DNA of 64,000 nt from Terriglobia bacterium (lineage in GTDB: Bacteria; Acidobacteriota; Terriglobia; 20CM-2-55-15). A program made the translations under genes and the position numbers. Below, one piece after another: positions 1 through 9,468 of this stretch. The notes beneath the pieces were generated by a model. The model had not been told where the DNA came from, ran no database searches, and saw only the letters and a program-made list of their open reading frames with translations. Every line of letters begins with the position of its first letter. Positions within the stretch are counted from its first letter, which is position 1. The stretch is taken from assembly GCA_965218585.1 (NCBI GenBank), contig CBDCLE010000012.1, forward strand, positions 128,001 to 192,000, in the 5' to 3' direction.

Positions 1-770
1 CTGGCCAAAGCAGCGCGGCGCGGGGCTCCGAAGACGTCCATCGTCGGAGACATGCCCCAGGGTTCCTATGAAGTCAGCGGCGAGGAAGCCGTCCGAAACG
101 CGATGCGTTTCGTTAAGGAGGCGGGCTGCGACGCGGTCAAGCTGGAGGGGGGACGACGCACGGCGTCGCGCGTCAGGGCGATAGCGGAAGCCGACATCTT
201 ACCGGCATCTTAGTGGTCGGGCATCTGGGACTGACTCCCCAGAGCACAGCCTCGTTCGGAGGCTACCGGGTCCAGGGTAAGACGTTGGAGAGCTTCGAAA
301 CCATCATGGAAGACTCTCTGGCGATTGAGGAAGCCGGCGCCGCAGCCATCCTTCTTGAAGCGATTCCGGCGGAACCGGCAGGGCAGGTGGCACAAGCGAG
401 AGAAATACCCATCTTCGGGATCGGGGCCGGAGACAAGGTCGATGGTCAGCTCATCATCATGCACGACCTCCTGGGCTTCTATCAGGCCTTTCGCCCGTTA
501 TTCGCCAAATGCTACATTCCCCAGGTCGCAGCGCAGTTCGGGGATCACATTTCCAGATACCCGGATGTCCGCCAGATGGGACGCGAGGAACGCAAGGACG
601 GCCTACTCATGCTGGCACAACTCGCGGTCGAGGAATACGTCTCAGAAGTGCATTCGGGGCTTTTTCCAAGCCCCGAATATTGCTACGAAATCGAGGCTGA
701 CGATCTCGCGGTTCTCCGTCGTTCAAAGTATTGGAAAAAGGCTGCGACTGAGCGACAGTTGTCCGTGTAA
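1..770 (+). pseudogene. panB: 3-methyl-2-oxobutanoate hydroxymethyltransferase-like gene, 5'-partial, frameshifted
   Basis: Frame 1 reads IVGDMPQGSYE...DAVKLEGG and stops at 211-213. Frame 3 continues VVGHLGLTPQS...AAAILLEAIP...GIGAG..DGQ. The shift coincides with an 11-bp imperfect tandem duplication at 191-212. Confidence 0.8.
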
Positions 771-867
771 TCCGTCTTCCCGTCCCATAGCATAACTAAA
801 GCGTAATCCCTCCTACGGGCTAAGGTTTCTGCCTGACTCGAACAACCCCCGATCGGAAATTGTTTTC

Positions 868-885
868 ACCGCGAAGACGCAAAGG
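868..885. repeat. Orphan left arm of the CRCRRAG palindromic element
   Basis: ACCGCGAAGACGCAAAGG resembles the left arms at 53591 and 54112. No right arm is seen before IS256 at 917. Confidence 0.5.
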
Positions 886-916
886 AAAACAGGATAGGCT
901 GTGTAAATTCCTACAG

Positions 917-2281
917 GAGGTCATTACAAAAGGTGTGTAAAAGTCATCAGGCGGCGGCCTTCGATTTCATCACGACTCTGATGCCGTCAGCGAATTGCTG
1001 ACCATCATAGACCTCTTGTAAGAGTTCGGATCCTTTTAAGTGTCGCCAAGCCTTCTCAGCGACACGTAGTAGCTTCCAGATCATTGCCGTTGCATTCTCG
1101 ACACGCTTGAATCGGCGAGCGGCGTTGGTGCGGAGGCGAACCATGTCGAAGGGCGACTCGACGATGTTGGTCGTTCTCAGATGCACCCAGTGTTGTTTCG
1201 GGAACTCATAGAAAGTAATCATCCGGTCCCAGTCCCGCAACAGCGTCTCACCCGCTTTGGGATAGTTCTTCTCATATCGGCGGACGAACTGATCCCGCTT
1301 TCGTTCGCAGGCCGCGCGGGAGTTCGCGAAGGCCATCCCATGAAGCAGCTGTCTGGCCGCGGGCTGCTCGGTCTTCGGCAGATGATCGACCACGTTGATC
1401 GACTTGTGGTTCCAGCAGCGTTGTTCCTGGCCCTGGGGCTGTTGCTCGGCCAGCGCGGACCAGATGCCCAGGTGACCGTCCGCGACAGTCAGCCGTCCCA
1501 GCTTCAGGCCCCGTCTCTGGAGATTGCGCAGAATGCGGCTCCAGGACTCCTTGCTTTCCCGCTGCCCGCTCTCACAGGCCAACAGCACTTTGCGCCCGTC
1601 TGACAAGGCTCCGATGATCACCAGCAATGCCGCTCGCTCTTTCGCGATCCCCGCTTTCACGTACAAGCCGTCTGCCCACTGGTACACGACCTCGAGGCCG
1701 GACAGGTCCTGCTGGACCCACTCGTCATACTCCAACTGCCAGGTCGATTTCAGTCGTTGGATCGATGCTCGCGACAACGGAGCGCCAGCGCCAAGCAGTC
1801 CGCGCATGGCCTGCTCGAAGTCCCCTGTGGCCAGACCGTGGAGGTAGAGATCGGGAAATAGCTCGCCCAGCTGTTTCGATTTCCGTCGAAAATACGGCAG
1901 GATCTGACTCTCGAACCGCTCGGCGGTGTTTCGAACCCGAGGTCGTCGAACCTCCATCGTACCGTTCATCATTGCGAAGCGTCGCGGCTTCCCGTGACCG
2001 TTCCGGTATCCTCGTCGATTCGGACTCCGCTCCGACTTTTCCCGACCCAGAAATTGAGTGACTTCGTCCTCGAGCAGCTCCTGTAGCCAGACTTGGACCC
2101 GGGATCGCGCCCAGTCCTCCAAACCTTCATACGCGTTCGTTGACGCCACTGATGCCGGTATGTTCTTCTTCTTCATGGGTGGTGTACCTTTCTCCCGATT
2201 GCTGCCGGGATTGCTTACGGTTTCGAATTCACCGAAAGCGTACACCGCCTTCTCTTTTTACACACCGATTGGAACGACCTC
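917..2281 (-). mobile_element. IS256-family insertion sequence, copy 1 (1365 bp, no target duplication)
   Basis: Imperfect 26-bp terminal inverted repeats GAGGTCATTACAAAAGGTGTGTAAAA / GAGGTCGTTCCAATCGGTGTGTAAAA. Near-identical to three other copies. Flanks TCCTACAG and GTCGCAGG do not match. Confidence 0.95.
947..2176 (-). CDS. IS256-family (mutator) transposase
   Basis: Motifs YRNG, WADG, VADGHLG, QRCWNH, LRTTNIVES. Likely start is the ATG (MKKKN) after a GGAGAAAGG ribosome-binding site. Confidence 0.95.
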   Translation of the reverse strand: MKKKNIPASVASTNAYEGLEDWARSRVQVWLQELLEDEVTQFLGREKSERSPNRRGYRNGHGKPRRFAMMNGTMEVRRPRVRNTAERFESQILPYFRRKSKQLGELFPDLYLHGLATGDFEQAMRGLLGAGAPLSRASIQRLKSTWQLEYDEWVQQDLSGLEVVYQWADGLYVKAGIAKERAALLVIIGALSDGRKVLLACESGQRESKESWSRILRNLQRRGLKLGRLTVADGHLGIWSALAEQQPQGQEQRCWNHKSINVVDHLPKTEQPAARQLLHGMAFANSRAACERKRDQFVRRYEKNYPKAGETLLRDWDRMITFYEFPKQHWVHLRTTNIVESPFDMVRLRTNAARRFKRVENATAMIWKLLRVAEKAWRHLKGSELLQEVYDGQQFADGIRVVMKSKAAA

Positions 2282-2422
2282 GTCGCAGGATTCGCGGGAA
2301 TCAGTCTGGTCTTCTACCCGTTTTAGATCCTATTAGATCCTAACTGTAGGTGCGGGCTAACTAGCATCGGGCCCACCGTCCTTTGGACGGTCCCCCCATG
2401 CCGGAACGCACAAATCAAACCT

Positions 2423-2477
2423 GTAGGTGCGCTCTGTGAGCGCACAAATGAGATGTGCGGTCGCAGACCGCACTTAC
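2423..2477. repeat. GTAG-type REP doublet (REPIN-like)
   Basis: GTAG-GTGCGCTC-TGT-GAGCGCAC, then an inverted partner GTGCGGTC-GCA-GACCGCAC-TTAC. Confidence 0.75.
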
Positions 2478-2490
2478 AGAAAAAAAGAAC

Positions 2491-3231
2491 ATGGACATAT
2501 TTCAACTCGAAAACACGGTCAAGAAACGCGGAGATCAGTTCGTGCTGGGACCGTTGGACCTTCACCTTGAACCGGGAGAAATCCTCGGCATCATGGGTCC
2601 AAACGGAGCGGGCAAGACGACTCTGTTGCGACTGCTCTGGGGTTTTCTGCGCCCGGATGCGGGTCGCGTATCGGTGTTCGGCAGAACACCCCACCTCGAA
2701 CAGGTCTGGATCCGACTCCGCGCCGGATATCTTCCCGAATCTCTGCGCTTCTACGACTGGATGAGTGTGGAACGGTTTCTCTCATTCATTGCGGGCTTCT
2801 ATCCGTCATGGGACTGGGGGCGCGCGTTCGAACTCCTCGATCAGTTCGGTCTCAAGACAACGCAGACGATCGGAACACTCTCTAAAGGAAACCGCGTGAG
2901 ACTCGGCCTGGTTGCAGCAGTTTCCCATCGTCCCCAACTGCTGATTCTTGACGAACCCACGGCTGGACTGGATCCTCTGGTCCGCGTCGACATCCTGGAC
3001 TTCCTCAAACGTTCCGCTCTTGGGGATCGGACCGGAATTGTCATGTCCTCCCACGTTTCGGACGATCTGGACCGGATCGCAGATTCCGTTCTGATGTTGA
3101 ACGAAGGGAAAGTCGTGGAATACGCGCCGACCAAGGTCCTGCTCGATCGATCCAACGAGGTTCAACTGGAGGCTGTGTTTTTAAATGCATTGGGTCGGAT
3201 TCCCACGCCTGGCGTTCCACATCGCGCGTAA
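2491..3231 (+). CDS. ABC-2 type transporter ATP-binding protein
   Basis: Walker A GPNGAGKTT, signature LSKG, Walker B LLILDEPT, H-loop SSH. Start placed at ATG 2491, downstream of the REP doublet. Confidence 0.92.
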   Translation: MDIFQLENTVKKRGDQFVLGPLDLHLEPGEILGIMGPNGAGKTTLLRLLWGFLRPDAGRVSVFGRTPHLEQVWIRLRAGYLPESLRFYDWMSVERFLSFIAGFYPSWDWGRAFELLDQFGLKTTQTIGTLSKGNRVRLGLVAAVSHRPQLLILDEPTAGLDPLVRVDILDFLKRSALGDRTGIVMSSHVSDDLDRIADSVLMLNEGKVVEYAPTKVLLDRSNEVQLEAVFLNALGRIPTPGVPHRA

Positions 3232-3821
3232 GGACTGGGCCGAAGCACAGCGAGTCATCCTTGGCCTGACCCTGGGCCTCATGGTTCCAGCCTTGCTGGT
3301 CCGTTTTGCTCCAGGCCGATCCGACGATTTCGCCAAAGGTCTGCTTGCGGGCCTACTTGCGGGAGCAGGGTTTGGATACGCTCAGTTCTGCTTCATCAAC
3401 GAACGGCAGCGCCAAACGCTGGATCTCCTGTTAAGCCTTCCTGTGGAGCCACGAAAGCTGGTCCTCGCCAAATACGTCCCTTTACTCCATGGTCCTGTTC
3501 ACGGTGAACGTCCCTGGCCTATTCGTTCCGGACCCACGATTGATCTACGTCACTAATGCCGCTGCACTCTCATTGGCCACCCTCTTCATGGCCACGACGG
3601 TGATCTCAGACAAACCCTGGGCCTCACAGATCCCCATCTGGTTCCTCTTCGTCTTCATCCTCCCCATCCAGCGCATACTTGAACGCTACTACCCGGATGG
3701 CCTCGGCCTGCTGGAAACCCTTACGGCGAATCCCATCTTGATCGCCACGCTCCCCCTTCTCCTCTCACCTGTCCTGGTGATCATTTCCGTATGCTTTTTC
3801 AACACGAAGACACGAAGTTAA
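3185..3821 (+). pseudogene. ABC-2 permease, frameshifted near 3480
   Basis: Hydrophobic segments and NERQRQTLDLLLSLPV...LVLAKY motif. The protein continues in another frame (MVLFTVN...). Confidence 0.75.
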
Positions 3822-4201
3822 CGAAGGAAATCATCGGGTGTGCTATTGACGTCCTTCGCGAGTTAGGGCCCGGACTGTTAGAGTCGGTTTACGAAGAATG
3901 TCTGTCTATCGAATTGCAGAAAAAGGGGATTCGAGTCGCACGTCAGCTCCATCTTTCCGTTATCTATAAGGGACGGCCCGTCGCTTCAAGTCTTCGGCTG
4001 GACTTGATCGCAGGAGTCAAGGTGATCGTCGAGATCAAGTCTGTGGAGCACTTACTCGCGGTTCATCGTGCGCAGCTTCTCAGCTATCTACGCTTGGCAA
4101 ACTTTCCCAGTGGATTGCTCATCAACTTCAACGTTCCTCTCCTCAAGGACGGCATCAAACGCGTCCTCAACCTGAACACATTATCAAGTGATTCCGACTA
4201 G
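3791..4201 (+). CDS. GxxExxY protein (PD-(D/E)xK nuclease superfamily)
   Basis: LGPGLLESVYE (GxxExxY), RLDLI...VEIKSV (D...ExK), AQLLSYL and GLLINF motifs. 136 aa. Confidence 0.92.
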   Translation: MLFQHEDTKLTKEIIGCAIDVLRELGPGLLESVYEECLSIELQKKGIRVARQLHLSVIYKGRPVASSLRLDLIAGVKVIVEIKSVEHLLAVHRAQLLSYLRLANFPSGLLINFNVPLLKDGIKRVLNLNTLSSDSD

Positions 4202-4381
4202 ATCATCTTCCCTTCTTCGTGATCTTCGTGCCCTGGTGTGGGAGTTCTGAACGTACAGGCCGGTAGTAATGCACAGGTGAGGTCAAGACGTAGAGGGTAC
4301 TTGTGACACGAAGAAAACGAAGCACCACGAAGAATGAACGCCCTAAACACTTCGTGCCAAGGAATCCTTCACAAACACCCT

Positions 4382-4903
4382 CTACAGCAACTTCGAAAGG
4401 ATTTCTTCGGGTATACGTTCACGCAGTTCGGGGGAGGCTTCCAGCAGGCGGGAAATATCTGCCAAGTCTTTCTGTCGCTTACTGGCTCGCCGGGAGGAGT
4501 CCAACACGGCCCATACCTTTCCCTGTAGCACATCTTCGACGCGAGCGACGCGAAGAGTCATTCCAAGAACATCATGTTCAGCAGAATGGGGAAGGAAAGC
4601 GAAATAGCGCGGATCAGTCTGAATCTGAACCCGGATACTGGATTCGGAGGCGGACACGTTTATGCTGTGTTCAAATCGCTCTACGTGGAAACGTTCGGCG
4701 AGCTCACTTGTTAAAGAGTCTATGCTGTCGGCGGCAATGACAACATCAAGATCCAAGCTGACTACCGGCTCTACGTAAGCGTTTACCCCCTGGCCGCCAA
4801 TCACACAGTAACTCGCGCCGCTGGCTTCGAGCAAGGCCACGAAACGTTCTAGAAAATCCTCTCGATCCACAGTCACCGCCTTCCAGAACTCCAATTGTTT
4901 CAT
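4382..4903 (-). CDS. Nucleotidyltransferase-fold protein (AbiEii-like)
   Basis: YCVIGGQGVNAY...SLDLDVV motif and a C-terminal RxxKxxKDLADI motif. Start MKQLEF at 4903. Confidence 0.75.
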   Translation of the reverse strand: MKQLEFWKAVTVDREDFLERFVALLEASGASYCVIGGQGVNAYVEPVVSLDLDVVIAADSIDSLTSELAERFHVERFEHSINVSASESSIRVQIQTDPRYFAFLPHSAEHDVLGMTLRVARVEDVLQGKVWAVLDSSRRASKRQKDLADISRLLEASPELRERIPEEILSKLL

Positions 4904-4956
4904 GCGACTTCTCCGCCAACCTCTTATTAATTCATAGGCGAAAAGTATGACACACA

Positions 4957-6321
4957 GAGGTCGTTCCAATCGGTGTGTAAAAAGAGAAGGCGGTGTACGC
5001 TTTCGGTGAATCCGAAACCCTAAGCAATCCCGGCAGCAATCGGGAGAAAGGTACACCACCCATGAAGAAGAAGAACATACCGGCATCAGTGGCGTCAACG
5101 AACGCGTATGAAGGTTTGGAGGACTGGGCGCGATCCCGGGTCCAAGTCTGGCTACAGGAGCTGCTCGAGGACGAAGTCACTCAATTTCTGGGTCGGGAAA
5201 AGTCGGAGCGGAGTCCGAATCGACGAGGATACCGGAACGGTCACGGGAAGCCGCGACGCTTCGCAATGATGAACGGTACGATGGAGGTTCGACGACCTCG
5301 GGTTCGAAACACCGCCGAGCGGTTCGAGAGTCAGATCCTGCCGTATTTTCGACGGAAATCGAAACAGCTGGGCGAGCTACTTCCCGATCTCTACCTCCAC
5401 GGTCTGGCCACAGGGGACTTCGAGCAGGCCATGCGCGGACTGCTTGGCGCTGGCGCTCCGTTGTCGCGAGCATCGATCCAACGACTGAAATCGACCTGGC
5501 AGTTGGAGTATGACGAGTGGGTCCAGCAGGACCTGTCCGGCCTCGAGGTCGTGTACCAGTGGGCAGACGGCTTGTACGTGAAAGCGGGGATCGCGAAAGA
5601 GCGAGCGGCATTGCTGGTGATCATCGGAGCCTTGTCAGACGGGCGCAAAGTGGTGTTGGCCTGTGAGAGCGGGCAGCGGGAAAGCAAGGAGTCCTGGAGC
5701 CGCATTCTGCGCAATCTCCAGAGACGGGGCCTGAAGCTGGGACGGCTGACTGTCGCGGACGGTCACCTGGGCATCTGGTCCGCGCTGGCCGAGCAACAGC
5801 CCCAGGGCCAGGAACAACGCTGCTGGAACCACAAGTCGATCAACGTGGTCGATCATCTGCCGAAGACCGAGCAGCCCGCGGCCAGACAGCTGCTTCATGG
5901 GATGGCCTTCGCGAACTCCCGCGCGGCCTGCGAACGAAAGCGGGATCAGTTCGTCCGCCGATATGAGAAGAACTATCCCAAAGCGGGTGAGACGCTGTTG
6001 CGGGACTGGGACCGGATGATTACTTTCTATGAGTTCCCGAAACAACACTGGGTGCATCTGAGAACAACCAACATCGTCGAATCGCCCTTCGACATGGTTC
6101 GCCTCCGCACCAACGCCGCTCGCCGATTCAAGCGTGTCGAGAATGCAACGGCAATAATCTGGAAGCTACTACGTGTCGCTGAGAAGGCTTGGCGACACTT
6201 AAAAGGATCCGAACTCTTACAAGAGGTCTATGATGGTCAGCAATTCGCTGACGGCATCAGAGTCGTGATGAAATCGAAGGCCGCCGCCTGATGACTTTTA
6301 CACACCTTTTGTAATGACCTC
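4957..6321 (+). mobile_element. IS256-family insertion sequence, copy 2, 8-bp target duplication GACACACA
   Basis: Same terminal repeats as copy 1. GACACACA at 4949-4956 and 6322-6329. Confidence 0.97.
5062..6291 (+). CDS. IS256-family transposase
   Basis: Near-identical to copy 1. Confidence 0.95.
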   Translation: MKKKNIPASVASTNAYEGLEDWARSRVQVWLQELLEDEVTQFLGREKSERSPNRRGYRNGHGKPRRFAMMNGTMEVRRPRVRNTAERFESQILPYFRRKSKQLGELLPDLYLHGLATGDFEQAMRGLLGAGAPLSRASIQRLKSTWQLEYDEWVQQDLSGLEVVYQWADGLYVKAGIAKERAALLVIIGALSDGRKVVLACESGQRESKESWSRILRNLQRRGLKLGRLTVADGHLGIWSALAEQQPQGQEQRCWNHKSINVVDHLPKTEQPAARQLLHGMAFANSRAACERKRDQFVRRYEKNYPKAGETLLRDWDRMITFYEFPKQHWVHLRTTNIVESPFDMVRLRTNAARRFKRVENATAIIWKLLRVAEKAWRHLKGSELLQEVYDGQQFADGIRVVMKSKAAA

Positions 6322-6681
6322 GACACACAGCAGTAACTACCCTTAGCAACAAAAGTTCCATTCTTCCTTAGCACCTCGGTCTCTATGCTTCATGTCCATC
6401 TTGTTCGTGCCTTCGTGTTGAAGCTCTCAAAGTCTGGATCGTCGGGAATGAACACTCGAGCTCCGAAACACAGGGGATCTCTTGCGCGAAGTTCCCTGAT
6501 GAACGAAACTCCACGAAGATTGGGTACCTAAGAGGCTTCGTGTCTTCGTGTTGAAGTTCTCATTCTCCCGTTTGTCTCACCTTATCCATACAAACAAATC
6601 GCTGGATAAACGTACTTCTTCGAGCCTCATTCATAGGTTCAGTCACTTAACGATGGAACCAAGACTGCGTTCAACCCGACC

Positions 6682-7193
6682 ATGGGTTACCCGATCGTCC
6701 ATCAGCACGACGCCAATGACTGCGGGCCGGCATGTCTTGCCATGGTGGCCGCCCATTACGGGAAGCGGCAATCTATCGCTCGATTAAGAGAGCACGCGGG
6801 ATCCTGAGCGTTTCCATCGCGGACAACATCCGTCTCGGGCGCGCAGACGCCTCTGCGATGGAAGTCCGACGGGCGGCTGAACTCGCAGGAGCCGCAGAAT
6901 TCATCGAACAGTTGCCGCTCGGGTACAACTCGCTCGTCGGTGAGCGGGGGACGACACTATCCGGGGGTGAACGCCAGCGGCTGCTCCTGGCACGTGCGAT
7001 TCTGGTCGACCCTCCGATTCTGATTCTGGACGAACCCACGAATCATCTCGACGCGGCCTCGACCGAAGCCGTCCGTAACCTCATCGACCAACGAAAACAC
7101 GAGAACCAAACGACGATAATTATTTCCCACGACGAGCTCCCCGCCCAAAGGACCGTTCCTATAGGGACCCTCCCCTATGCCGTCGCGAATTGA
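6682..7193 (+). pseudogene. Peptidase C39-containing ABC exporter with a large internal deletion
   Basis: ATG 6682 gives MGYPIVHQHDANDCGPACLAMVAAHYG (C39 catalytic Cys motif). Near 6800 it is joined out of frame to an ABC C-terminus (SIADNI, LSGGERQR, ILILDEPT). Confidence 0.85.
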
Positions 7194-8349
7194 GTTGAAC
7201 CTTGGCCGAAGCCCCCGGCTCCTGGGTACAACGGTGTATGTCCTGGCGATTCTTCTTGGTGTTGCCATCACCTGGGGTTATTTCACCGAAGTAGACGTCG
7301 TCGTCCGCGCGCCCGGCATCGTCCGGCCTGATGGAGAGGTCGTTCGAATCACTTCGGAAATCGGTGGAACCGTCGAGGCTGTCCACGTCGAGGGAGGCGA
7401 GGTCGTACACACGGGCGATGTCCTCGTCCGATTGGACGACACGTCGGTCCAGTTGGAACGGAACACCGTCGAGCAACAGATGGCGCTGCTCGCCGAACAG
7501 ATGGCCGACATTGACCGTAAGATCCGCGATGCAGGCGAAATTCATCATTTAGAAGACACGCGACTGGCAACAGAGATCGCCGCGGCCCGAGAGGATCTCG
7601 TCCAACGGAGACAGGAACATGCGTCTCAGGTGGCCTCAGCCTCGCTCCGCCTTGCGCAGGCCAAAGACGAATACTCGATACATCGGCAACTCTTTGAAGA
7701 GGGGCTCATCTTGCGTCAGGATGCAGATCGCTCGACCACCGAGTTCCGGCTCGCCGAGGCCCAATTGGAAGAAATAGCCCACCGGCAGGCTTCAAGCGCC
7801 AGTCTCGATTCACTCCTTGAAACCCGGAATGTCGTTAGTGCCGAGTTCGCATCCCTCGAACGGGATCTCAGGTCCGAAGTGATGCCGATTGAAGCCCGAT
7901 TGACCGAACTGCGTTCGCGACTCGAGCAAACCGACCTGGAAACCCAACGCCTCACGATCCGCACGCCTGTGAAGGGGCAGATCACGCTCCTGCCGACCGT
8001 TCACACTGGAGAACGCGTTGAAGCCGGCAGTCTCGTTGCTGCAGTGGCCCCAATTCCCGTCCGGCTCATAGTCGAGGCCCTGGTCAGCAACGCCAAGGCT
8101 CAGGACGTCGAACAGGGTCAAGCTGTCCGGCTCCGCTTTGACGAGGGCGAAACAATCGACGGCATCGTCTTCTCCGTCAGCCCCGACGCCCGATTCAACG
8201 ATTCGTCCGCTCCTACATACCATGTCCTCATCGCTCCCGACACAGTCGACCTCCGACTGGGTCTCGCAGTGGATGTCCGGCTGATCACACGCCAAGAGCG
8301 CGTCCTCACTCTTCTCTTCGACCGGATCAAGCAGCCGTTTCGGGAGTGA
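7177..8349 (+). CDS. HlyD-family secretion membrane fusion protein
   Basis: N-terminal transmembrane helix, biotinyl-like hairpin (VEGGEVVHTGDVLVRLD), long coiled coil, IRTPVKG motif. Confidence 0.88.
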   Translation: MPSRIELNLGRSPRLLGTTVYVLAILLGVAITWGYFTEVDVVVRAPGIVRPDGEVVRITSEIGGTVEAVHVEGGEVVHTGDVLVRLDDTSVQLERNTVEQQMALLAEQMADIDRKIRDAGEIHHLEDTRLATEIAAAREDLVQRRQEHASQVASASLRLAQAKDEYSIHRQLFEEGLILRQDADRSTTEFRLAEAQLEEIAHRQASSASLDSLLETRNVVSAEFASLERDLRSEVMPIEARLTELRSRLEQTDLETQRLTIRTPVKGQITLLPTVHTGERVEAGSLVAAVAPIPVRLIVEALVSNAKAQDVEQGQAVRLRFDEGETIDGIVFSVSPDARFNDSSAPTYHVLIAPDTVDLRLGLAVDVRLITRQERVLTLLFDRIKQPFRE

Positions 8350-8413
8350 GCAAGTATGGAACGCGTCGAAAGCGCCTCCCATGAGATCCGAAGACCGAGC
8401 GTATAATGACCCC

Positions 8414-9076
8414 ATGCGAACCCATACCGATATCCGGCGGGCTCTGGACCATCTACCCGAAGCGGCATTGCTTGTGGTCGAAGGGGTTGCCTGGGCAGAG
8501 TACGAGGAGTTCCTTAGAGATCTGGGGGATCGCTCCGGCCTGCGCGTCACCTACGATCGAGGACGACTCGAGATCGTGACGACGTCGGCCGGGCACGAAG
8601 CCCGAAAGGAATTGATTCTTCGGCTCGTCCACGTGCTGTCGGAAGAAATGGGAATCGAACTGGAATCCAGGGGTGGCATGACTCAAAAAAGAGAGCAGGA
8701 GGGCAAGGGTACGGAGCCAGACACGTGTTTTTACGTCACCGACGTTGAACGAATCATCGCGAAGGACGAGATCGATCTCAAAGTCGACCCACCTCCTGAC
8801 ATCGTCGTGGAAATCGACAAGGCGAATCAATCTCATTCTAAGTTCCCGATCTACGCTGCCTTTCGAGTGCCCGAAATCTGGCGCTACGACGAGGGGGGAC
8901 AGCGGGCCGAGATGTTCGCCCTCCAGGCGGATGTATATGTCCGCATTGAGGCAAGCTGTTTCTTTCCGATACTGACTTCTGAGGTATTGACCCGGTTTGT
9001 CGAGCAAAGCCAGACCCAGGGACAGTCGGTGACCCTGTCCACGTTCCGGGAATGGGTCCGGACAGGACGAGGTTAA
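8414..9076 (+). CDS. Uma2-family endonuclease
   Basis: RVTYDRGRLEI, EPDTCFY, PPDIVVEID and VPEIWRYD motifs. TATAAT at 8402-8407 suggests a leaderless start at ATG 8414. Confidence 0.88.
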   Translation: MRTHTDIRRALDHLPEAALLVVEGVAWAEYEEFLRDLGDRSGLRVTYDRGRLEIVTTSAGHEARKELILRLVHVLSEEMGIELESRGGMTQKREQEGKGTEPDTCFYVTDVERIIAKDEIDLKVDPPPDIVVEIDKANQSHSKFPIYAAFRVPEIWRYDEGGQRAEMFALQADVYVRIEASCFFPILTSEVLTRFVEQSQTQGQSVTLSTFREWVRTGRG

Positions 9077-9348
9077 CCCCGAGCGATGACGAACGGGAAC
9101 TGGTCCTGGAACACGATCTGGCGATTTCAGACATCGTTTTCTGGGAACTCGCGAAACTTATACAACTCGATCGACTGCGTCTGGATCTATCGAGCGACCC
9201 ATTCCAACGACGGCGCCGACATCTGACAGTTTTCCCCATCAGCCCGGAAATCGCTCGAACCAGTACCTGTTTGGACTTCTCGGCGGACCTCGCCGACGAA
9301 ATCATTGCTGCTACGAGCGTGGTCCATACCGTGGCTGACCAGAGATAG
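9073..9348 (+). pseudogene. PIN-domain (VapC) toxin fragment
   Basis: LAISDIVFWELAKL...DLADEIIAATS. The N-terminal LDT motif and the C-terminus are missing. Confidence 0.65.
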
Positions 9349-9468
9349 AAGAATCCTGCAGTCGCACCTGGCCCCGCTCGCGTGACATTGATTTCACAGA
9401 ATGCGCTTTCCCATCGGCACCATACATGCGACTTTAGTAGTCATATTGAATAGACCGTTATAGCCATA

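Larger units (their letters stand above)
3798..6555. mobile_element. Block bounded by a perfect 20-bp inverted repeat (CACGAAG-unit arms), containing GxxExxY, a nucleotidyltransferase and IS256 copy 2
   Basis: TTCAACACGAAGACACGAAG at 3798-3817 is the exact reverse complement of 6536-6555. Internal arms lie at 4215-4240, 4306-4334 and 6404-6422. Mobility is inferred, not shown. Confidence 0.55.

Noticed and set aside
4904-5098. N-terminal extension of the 238-aa ORF 4382..5098
   Set aside because: The extension is mostly antisense IS256 sequence. The real protein starts at MKQLEF (4903).
3798-6555. CACGAAG repeats as a CRISPR array
   Set aside because: The repeats are inverted arms with irregular spacing, not direct repeats with uniform spacers, and no cas genes are present.
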